A stretch of 24,000 nucleotides of DNA from Candidatus Omnitrophota bacterium (GTDB taxonomy: Bacteria > Omnitrophota > Gorgyraeia > Duberdicusellales > 4484-171). The DNA is taken from NCBI GenBank assembly GCA_028711575.1, contig JAQTSA010000005.1, positions 1 to 24,000 of the forward strand, in the 5' to 3' direction. The position numbers and the translations under genes are program-made. Positions 8,134-13,948 of this stretch are shown here, piece by piece. Below the pieces are notes generated by a model. The model saw only the letters and a program-made list of their open reading frames with translations. It searched no databases and was not told where the DNA came from. Numbering within the stretch: position 1 is the stretch's first letter; every line of letters begins with the position of its first letter.

Positions 8134-9651
8134 ATGTTGAAAGTGAGGAGAGCCCTTATCAGTGTCTGGGATAAAAAAGGTATTGGAGATTTCGCGAAAA
8201 GAATCTCTAAACTTAATATCGAGATTGTTTCTACCGGCAAAACCGCGAAGTTGTTCCGCCAAAATAATATTGCGGTTTCTGAGGTTTCATCTTTAACTGA
8301 ATTTCCTGAGATCCTTTCGGGAAGAGTTAAGACTCTTCACCCTAAAGTTTTTGGCGGTATTCTGGCTAACAAAAAGCATCCTTTACATATTGAAGAGATG
8401 CGCAGTCTTAATATTATTCCGATAGATATGGTTGTTGTTAATCTTTATCCTTTTGCCGCTAAATTAAAGGATAAACTAACGACAGATGAAATATTAGAGT
8501 ACATTGATATTGGAGGGCACAGCTTATTAAGAGCGGCGGCTAAAAATTATAAAAACGTTGTTTGTATCAGTTCACGCGAACAGTATAAGTCAGTGATTGA
8601 AGAACTTGAAAAAAATAAAGGGTTCATATCTCAAGAAACTTTGAGGGATTTAGCGGCAGCAGCTTTTTACTTAGCGAAAGAATATGATAATGACATCTAC
8701 GGTTACTTTAACCCTAGAAAAGTAGTCACTTGGGATTGGGAAAAGCTGGCTAATTTACGTTACGGTGAAAATCCTCATCAGAAAGCCGGCCTTTATCGTC
8801 TGTTACGTTCGCCGAGCGTAAAGTTTGAACAAATTCAGGGTAAAGAGCTGTCCTACAACAATTTTATGGATCTTGATACTGCTTTGTGTTGTGTTAAAGA
8901 GTTTTCAGACCCGGCAGCTGTTATTGTTAAACACAGCACGCCCTGTGGCGTTGGTACCGATAAAAAACTTGTTAACGCTTATAAAAAGGCTTATTCGGCT
9001 GATCCTTTGTCGAGTTTTGGCGGGATTGTAGGTTTTAACCGAAAAGTAGATAAGTTTACTGCCCAGGCGTTACTTAAAAGCGGGTTTAAAGAATGTGTTA
9101 TCGCTCCAGCCTATTCTAAAGAAGCTCTTAAATATTTTGCTGAAAAGAAAAACTTAAGAATCATTGAAATTGATTTTTCCAAAATTTCTCTTGGCTTTAA
9201 AGGTGTCCGGGCCGGGGTTTTTGGCTATTTAATTCAGGACAGCGATACTCAGGTTGTTGATAAGTCAAAGTTTAAAGTTGTTACTGAAAAAAAACCGACA
9301 CAATCTCAGATGAAAGATTTGGTTTTTGCCTGGAAAGTAGTTAAGCATGTTAAGTCTAATGCGATAGTTGCTGTAAAGAATGGCAATCTGCTGGGTATTG
9401 GTGGCGGTCAGCCTTCAAGAGTTGGCGCGGTGAAGATCGCCCTTGGTAAAAGCAGCGCTTTGATCAAAGGCGCGGTGTTAGCGTCTGATGCCTTTTTCCC
9501 AAAAGAGGATTCAATAAAACTCGCTTATCGGAAGGGGATAAGAGCGATTATTTGCCCCGGCGGATCTATAAAAGATCAGGAAGTTATTGATTGCTGTAAC
9601 AAATATGGTATCGCTATGATTTTTACTGGTATTCGTCACTTTCGTCATTAA
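8134..9651 (+). CDS. purH: Bifunctional AICAR transformylase / IMP cyclohydrolase
   Basis: 505-aa ORF. It has an MGS-like N-terminus (RALISVWDKKGIGDFAKRISKLNIEIVSTGKTAKLF, TLHPKVFGGIL), an AICARFT domain (LRYGENPHQKA, KHSTPCG) and the C-terminal HFRH. Confidence 0.93.
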   Translation: MLKVRRALISVWDKKGIGDFAKRISKLNIEIVSTGKTAKLFRQNNIAVSEVSSLTEFPEILSGRVKTLHPKVFGGILANKKHPLHIEEMRSLNIIPIDMVVVNLYPFAAKLKDKLTTDEILEYIDIGGHSLLRAAAKNYKNVVCISSREQYKSVIEELEKNKGFISQETLRDLAAAAFYLAKEYDNDIYGYFNPRKVVTWDWEKLANLRYGENPHQKAGLYRLLRSPSVKFEQIQGKELSYNNFMDLDTALCCVKEFSDPAAVIVKHSTPCGVGTDKKLVNAYKKAYSADPLSSFGGIVGFNRKVDKFTAQALLKSGFKECVIAPAYSKEALKYFAEKKNLRIIEIDFSKISLGFKGVRAGVFGYLIQDSDTQVVDKSKFKVVTEKKPTQSQMKDLVFAWKVVKHVKSNAIVAVKNGNLLGIGGGQPSRVGAVKIALGKSSALIKGAVLASDAFFPKEDSIKLAYRKGIRAIICPGGSIKDQEVIDCCNKYGIAMIFTGIRHFRH

Positions 9652-9693
9652 TTCTTGCCTGGTAAACAAGATAATCTAAACCCTGAGAAGACA

Positions 9694-11043
9694 ATGTCTT
9701 TAAAAAAAAGTTACACCAAAGCCTTGCGGTTTTTAGATGGTTTTATTAATTATGAAAAAAAATCCAAATTTTCTTATCTTGAATCTTTTAGCCTTTTACG
9801 GGTTAATCGTTTGTTTTCTTTTCTCAAAGTAAATCACCGCGGTTTAAAAATTATACATCTTGCCGGAACAAAAGGTAAAGGTTCAACTGCCAACTTTGTT
9901 GCTCGTATTTTAGCCGGGTCAGGATATAAGGTTGGCCTTTACACTTCGCCGCACATAACTGATTTACGAGAAAGAATTAGAATCATTAAGCCTCAACCTT
10001 CGGTATCTCGGCTAAAGCTAAGCGATAGGCTCATTTCTAAAAATGATTTTTCCCGGATTTTAGAAACTTTTGAAAATAAAATCAAAAAATTGAAACCGGC
10101 TGATTTGCGTCGAAAAGCAAGTTTCTTTGAAGTCTATACGGCTTTAGCGCTGAAGTATTTTTCTCTTAAAAAAGTTGACTTTCTTGTTTTAGAAACTGGA
10201 CTAGGCGGACGTTTGGACGCGACAAATGTTGTAAACCCTAAAATTGTAATTATTACTAATATTGATTATGACCATACAGATTTGCTTGGTAATACCCTTA
10301 GCCTGATTGCTAAAGAAAAAGCGGCAATAATAAAAGAAAAGACTAAAGTAATAATTTCCCAACAAGCTAAATCAGTTGATTTGGTTTTAAAACGGGAAGC
10401 TAAAAAGAAAAAATCCGAACTTTACCGATTGAACAAAGATTTTTTTGTCGATAACTTAAAGCTTGGGAAAAGGGGAATTAGTTTTGATTTTAAATCTAAA
10501 AATGTGTATATTCCAAAAATAAGTTTACCGGTTTTTGGCCGGTATCAGGCTGATAACGCGGCTTTGGCAATAAGCGCTGTTTCTTTTTTACCGGGAGTTT
10601 GTCTTGGCCCTGATAAATTGAAAAGTTCACTTAAAGATTTTATTCTTCCCGGACGATTTGAGATCGTTAAGTTGACTCCGCTTACTGTTCTGGATATTGC
10701 TCACAACCCTTATTCTTTTACAGTTTTAAACCGAACGATAAAAGAGGTTTTTCCTGATAAAAAGGTTATTATTGTTTTTGCCGCCGCCGGCGATAAAAAT
10801 ATCTCAAAAATGATTCGGTCGATTGAATATGATGAATTAATCCTTACTAAATTTAACCATCCCCGGGTATATGACCCTTATCAGTTCCGTAAGGATTTAG
10901 ATTTGAATTCAGAAATTATTGACGATCCGGCGGCTGCTTTAAAAAAAGCTTTCAGTCTTTATAAACCCAATAAAGTTATTGTTGTCTGCGGCTCTTCGTT
11001 TTTAGTTTCTTGTCTAAGGCGTTTTTTAAAGCGGGCTAAATAG
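9694..11043 (+). CDS. folC: Folylpolyglutamate synthase / dihydrofolate synthase
   Basis: Mur-ligase-type P-loop HLAGTKGKGST, followed by LETGLGGRLDATNV and DYDHTDLLG. The start is uncertain. ATG 9694 gives an N-terminal length like known FolC proteins. The track start, TTG 9655, is the alternative. Confidence 0.88.
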   Translation: MSLKKSYTKALRFLDGFINYEKKSKFSYLESFSLLRVNRLFSFLKVNHRGLKIIHLAGTKGKGSTANFVARILAGSGYKVGLYTSPHITDLRERIRIIKPQPSVSRLKLSDRLISKNDFSRILETFENKIKKLKPADLRRKASFFEVYTALALKYFSLKKVDFLVLETGLGGRLDATNVVNPKIVIITNIDYDHTDLLGNTLSLIAKEKAAIIKEKTKVIISQQAKSVDLVLKREAKKKKSELYRLNKDFFVDNLKLGKRGISFDFKSKNVYIPKISLPVFGRYQADNAALAISAVSFLPGVCLGPDKLKSSLKDFILPGRFEIVKLTPLTVLDIAHNPYSFTVLNRTIKEVFPDKKVIIVFAAAGDKNISKMIRSIEYDELILTKFNHPRVYDPYQFRKDLDLNSEIIDDPAAALKKAFSLYKPNKVIVVCGSSFLVSCLRRFLKRAK

Positions 11044-11097
11044 CGGTTTCATCGATAACCCTGGATTTTTCAGGAAAATATAATAGAATAGGACAAG

Positions 11098-12531
11098 ATG
11101 AACCAAAAATTCATAAAGCGATATAACAGTACTGACACGATTGCCGCTTTGGCGACTTTTCCTTCAAAAGCCGCTTTAGGTATAATAAAACTTTCCGGGC
11201 CGCGGGCTCTTGATATCGTTTCTAAAGTTTTTAAGCCTAAAAATAAGAAAAATTTAAAAAAAGTTAAGACTTACACTTTACATTATGGCTGGATAATCGA
11301 GAGTTGCTCGGACAAAAAAAAAGCGGAAAAATCAGATAATTTGCCGGTTCTTCTTGATGAGGTTTTGGTTTCGGTGATGCGCAAACCGCATTCTTATACC
11401 TGTGAAGATGTCGTTGAGATCTCTTCTCATGGCGGGGTATTTGTTGTTAATCGGATATTAAAAGAACTTTGTCTTGTCGGTGCCCGCTTGGCCTTGCCGG
11501 GTGAGTTTACTTACCGGGCTGTAATTAACGGCAGAATCGATTTGCTGAAGGCTGAAAGTATTCTTGATATTGTTGATGCTCATAGTCAGCAAGGTTTGCA
11601 AGTCGCTTTAGACCAATTAAACGGTAAGGCTTCTAAAAATATCAACGATTTAAAAGACCGCCTCCAGCTCGTTTTTGTTGAAACCGAGGCGGCTTTAAAT
11701 TTTTCTGAAGATTTGTCAACCGATACGGCAGTTTCTGAATTAATAAAGTCTTTAACTGTTATCAGGAGCGATATAACGGCTTTAATTAAGCGTAGCGCTG
11801 AAGCGCTGATTCTTAAGGAAGGCGTTAAGTGTGTTATTTGTGGACGAACCAATGCCGGAAAATCTACCCTTTTTAACCGGTTGTTAGGCCGGGAGCGGGT
11901 TATTGTCAGTGAGGTAGCGGCAACGACCCGGGATGTGGTCGAAGAAACTATTGTTGTCCGCGGCGTGCCGTTACGAATTTGTGATACCGCCGGCTTAATT
12001 ACACCGAAAGACTTGGTTACTAAAGAAGCGGTTTTAAGAACACAAAAAGCTTTTGGTGAGGCTGATTTGATAATTCTTTTACTGGACAATTCCCGAGCCT
12101 TGAGCCGAGATGATAAGTTTTTAATAAAAAAGATAAAAGATAAGAAAAAAATAATTGTAATAAATAAAACTGATTTAAAGCAAAAATTAAATTTAAAGGA
12201 TTTAAAAGGTTGTCGGGGAAGACGGGTTTTTATCAGTGCTTTAAAAGATAAGGGGATTGTCGCCTTAGAGAAAGCTGTCGCCGAAGAAGTTTCTTTTGCT
12301 GATATTGACCGGGAAAACAGTGTTTTCTTAAGCGCCTATCAACGGCAATCTTTCGCTTTAATCGAAGAAAAAATTTCTAAAGCCCTGCGGTTTCTTGGTG
12401 AGGGTTATACTTTAGATTTTATTAATCAGCTTTTGGCTGAAGCCTTAGATGAGTTCTCAAAGATTACTGGAGAAGTTTTGACCGAAGATGTTTTAGAAAC
12501 TGTTTTTAGTAATTTTTGTATTGGTAAATAA
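11098..12531 (+). CDS. mnmE: tRNA uridine-5-carboxymethylaminomethyl modification GTPase
   Basis: 477-aa ORF. It has a TrmE N-domain (DTIAALATFPSKAALGIIKLSGP), the G-domain motifs GRTNAGKSTLFN, DTAG and NKTD, and the diagnostic C-terminal CIGK. Confidence 0.93.
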   Translation: MNQKFIKRYNSTDTIAALATFPSKAALGIIKLSGPRALDIVSKVFKPKNKKNLKKVKTYTLHYGWIIESCSDKKKAEKSDNLPVLLDEVLVSVMRKPHSYTCEDVVEISSHGGVFVVNRILKELCLVGARLALPGEFTYRAVINGRIDLLKAESILDIVDAHSQQGLQVALDQLNGKASKNINDLKDRLQLVFVETEAALNFSEDLSTDTAVSELIKSLTVIRSDITALIKRSAEALILKEGVKCVICGRTNAGKSTLFNRLLGRERVIVSEVAATTRDVVEETIVVRGVPLRICDTAGLITPKDLVTKEAVLRTQKAFGEADLIILLLDNSRALSRDDKFLIKKIKDKKKIIVINKTDLKQKLNLKDLKGCRGRRVFISALKDKGIVALEKAVAEEVSFADIDRENSVFLSAYQRQSFALIEEKISKALRFLGEGYTLDFINQLLAEALDEFSKITGEVLTEDVLETVFSNFCIGK

Positions 12532-12533
12532 TC

Positions 12534-12573
12534 AGCGGTTAGAACGTTTAACCGCTTAAGTTTTATTGATTTT
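12534..12573 (+). terminator. Probable intrinsic terminator after mnmE
   Basis: An 8-bp stem, AGCGGTTA ... TAACCGCT, starts 3 nt after the mnmE stop. It is followed by the T-rich TAAGTTTTATTGATTTT. Confidence 0.5.
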
Positions 12574-12648
12574 ATCAGTTTATAGTTTCCGGTACGGTCA
12601 AGAGAAAAGAAGATATTTGTTTTAAAACAGATAAAAGCGGAGGATAGA

Positions 12649-13212
12649 ATGAATAAGAAGATCGATAAGAAAAAGATTGAACAAGGCATTCGAATGGTTC
12701 TTGAGGCTGTCGGTGCCGATTTAGATATTAAAGATATCGCGAAAACTCCTCAGCGAGTTGCCCAGATGTATGAGGAAATTTTGGCGGGACAGTTTAAAAA
12801 TCCGGAAGATGAAATAAATGTTATTTTGGAAGAAGAACATGATGAAATTATTTTACTAAGAAATATTTCATTTTATTCTCTATGTGAGCATCATCTTGTT
12901 CCATTTTTTGGTAAAGCGCATGTTGCCTATATTCCGGATAAACGGATAACTGGTTTAAGCAAAATTGCCCGGGTAGTAGAAGTTTTGTCACGCCGTCTTC
13001 AGGTTCAAGAGCGGCTTACTACCAAAATAGCTGATGTTTTAATGAAAAAACTCAAACCTAAAGGGGTTTTTGTCGTTATTGAAGCTGAACATCTTTGTAT
13101 GTCAATGCGCGGTGTAAAAAAACCGGGAACGACAAATGTCACGTCGGTTGTTCGAGGTGTTTTTCGAACCAATTCGAAGACTCGCCAAGAAGCATTGAGC
13201 CTTATCAAATAG
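12649..13212 (+). CDS. folE: GTP cyclohydrolase I
   Basis: 187-aa ORF preceded by the SD GGAGG. It contains TPQRVAQMYEEILAG, the catalytic SLCEHHLVPF, and QVQERLT. Confidence 0.93.
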   Translation: MNKKIDKKKIEQGIRMVLEAVGADLDIKDIAKTPQRVAQMYEEILAGQFKNPEDEINVILEEEHDEIILLRNISFYSLCEHHLVPFFGKAHVAYIPDKRITGLSKIARVVEVLSRRLQVQERLTTKIADVLMKKLKPKGVFVVIEAEHLCMSMRGVKKPGTTNVTSVVRGVFRTNSKTRQEALSLIK

Positions 13213-13244
13213 ACTTTTGGGTAAGAGAAGAAGCTCATGGCTCA

Positions 13245-13388
13245 TTCGCGCCTTCGGTGCTGTTTGCAGATGATCACAGAAGCCGCGCCTTCGGCTCGGC
13301 AGCAGATGATCACAGATTCGCGCCTTCGGCGCTGTTCGCAGATGATCACAGAAGTCGCGCCTTCGGCTCGGCAGCAGATGATCGCAGA
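13245..13388. repeat. Four head-to-tail 36-bp GC-rich hairpin units in two alternating variants (72-bp higher-order period)
   Basis: Units lie at 13245-13280 (ttcgcgccttcggtgctgtttgcagatgatcacaga), 13281-13316 (agccgcgccttcggctcggcagcagatgatcacaga), 13317-13352 and 13353-13388. Each has a GC-rich stem around a CCTTCGG apex plus a conserved GCAGATGATCACAGA linker containing the palindrome TGATCA. There are no spacers between units. Confidence 0.9.
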
Positions 13389-13446
13389 TATATGGTATTT
13401 AGGAAATAGCCTTTTTGAGAAGAGAAGAGTCAAACGATTGTCAGAA

Positions 13447-13478
13447 AGTGATTGAGTGATTGAGTAATTGAGTGATTC
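13447..13478. repeat. 4 x 8-bp tandem repeat AGTGATTG
   Basis: The sequence reads agtgattg agtgattg agtaattg agtgattc directly. Confidence 0.85.
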
Positions 13479-13484
13479 AGCGAA

Positions 13485-13524
13485 ATAGAAATTTATAGAA
13501 ATTGATAGAGATTTATAGAAATGT
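13485..13524. repeat. 4 x 10-bp phased tandem repeat ATAGAAATTT
   Basis: The units are atagaaattt atagaaattg atagagattt atagaaatgt. The reverse complement of this motif (AAATTTCTAT-like) recurs in 10-bp phase at 13630-13669 and 13875-13914. Confidence 0.85.
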
Positions 13525-13592
13525 GTTGTTTTTAAAAAAGGAGCTAAATATTGCACAATGGAAATCCTATTTATTCCTAATCCAACTGAGAG

Positions 13593-13676
13593 AGTTTGCG
13601 AGTTTCAAACATTGGTTTCTTCAAACAATAAATTTCAACTAATTTCTACAAATTTCAATTTATTTCTACGACAATT
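13593..13676. repeat. Copy 1 of an ~85-90-bp dispersed direct repeat (contains a 4 x 10-bp AATTTC(A/T)A array at 13630-13669)
   Basis: It starts with agtttgcgagtt, followed by caaacattggtttcttcaaacaataaatttcaactaatttctacaaatttcaatttatttctacgacaatt. By hand alignment it matches 13830-13921 at about 60 of 71 positions, plus an identical 12-mer and one 8-9-bp indel. Confidence 0.8.
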
Positions 13677-13768
13677 GTTTGACGGTCGCCTGGGCTGAGC
13701 CAGTTTGACAGGCGTACTCCGCGTGTTTGACGCCAACGCAGTGAACGTTTGACGCGAGCGTAGCGAGC
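13677..13768. repeat. Four GTTTGAC-led units (26, 22, 22 and 22 bp) in a GC-rich block
   Basis: GTTTGAC occurs at 13677, 13703, 13725 and 13747. Each is followed by 15-19 nt of GC-rich, non-conserved sequence, for example gcgagcgtagcgagc. Confidence 0.75.
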
Positions 13769-13778
13769 TTTCTTGTTC

Positions 13779-13813
13779 GGGTATAGGGTTCAGGGTCTCG
13801 GGTTTAGGGTGAA
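13779..13813. repeat. 5 x 7-bp tandem repeat GGGTNNN
   Basis: The sequence reads gggtata gggttca gggtctc gggttta gggtgaa directly. Confidence 0.85.
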
Positions 13814-13829
13814 GAGTTTCAGAGTTACT

Positions 13830-13921
13830 AGTTTGCGAGTTCTGAGTTGACAAACATTGTTTTATCCAAACAACTAATTTCAATCCATTTCTATAAATTT
13901 CAATTTATTTCTAAGAGAATT
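13830..13921. repeat. Copy 2 of the ~85-90-bp dispersed direct repeat (10-bp phased array at 13875-13914)
   Basis: It starts with agtttgcgagtt, then the insertion ctgagttga, then caaacattgttttatccaaacaactaatttcaatccatttctataaatttcaatttatttctaagagaattt. It is in the same orientation as copy 1, 237 bp downstream. Confidence 0.8.
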
Positions 13922-13948
13922 TGTGAGTCATGATAGTGATAAGATCTT

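Noticed and set aside
11586-12089. 167-aa antisense ORF inside mnmE, and similar antisense ORFs inside smc, queA, EF-G2 and the class IV aminotransferase gene
   Set aside because: These are shadow ORFs opposite well-supported genes. Their composition is Ser/Thr/Arg/Lys-rich and low in complexity, and no motifs are present.
13245-13388. CRISPR array interpretation of the 36-bp repeats
   Set aside because: The units abut each other with no unique spacers. There are only four copies and no cas genes in the window. A 36-bp period with zero spacer length is not CRISPR architecture.
13558-13698. 46-codon sORF (MEILFIPNPTERVCEF...) and a 9-codon TTG ORF downstream of an AAGGAG at 13538-13543
   Set aside because: The well-spaced TTG (13551) gives only 9 codons. 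The ATG at 13558 is 14 nt from the SD, and its ORF runs through repeat sequence with low-complexity composition. There is no support beyond being open.
13800-13806. Telomere-like GGGTTTA unit within the heptad array
   Set aside because: Only one of the five heptads matches the TTTAGGG-type motif. The array's conserved part is just GGGT, so the resemblance is coincidental.
13860-13872. DnaA-box-like TTATCCAAA, and the idea that the repeat region is a replication origin
   Set aside because: There is a single imperfect box, no dnaA/dnaN nearby and no cluster of boxes. Gene orientation does not switch consistently around the locus.
13095-13883. Track ORFs 13095-13409 (+), 13237-13455 (+), 13242-13556 (-) and 13635-13883 (-) as protein-coding genes
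   Set aside because: They overlap one another and folE in different frames. Their peptides are simply translated repeats (QMITE.. / ETLxPxPE periodicity). They have no SD or plausible start context. They are open only because the repeats lack stops.
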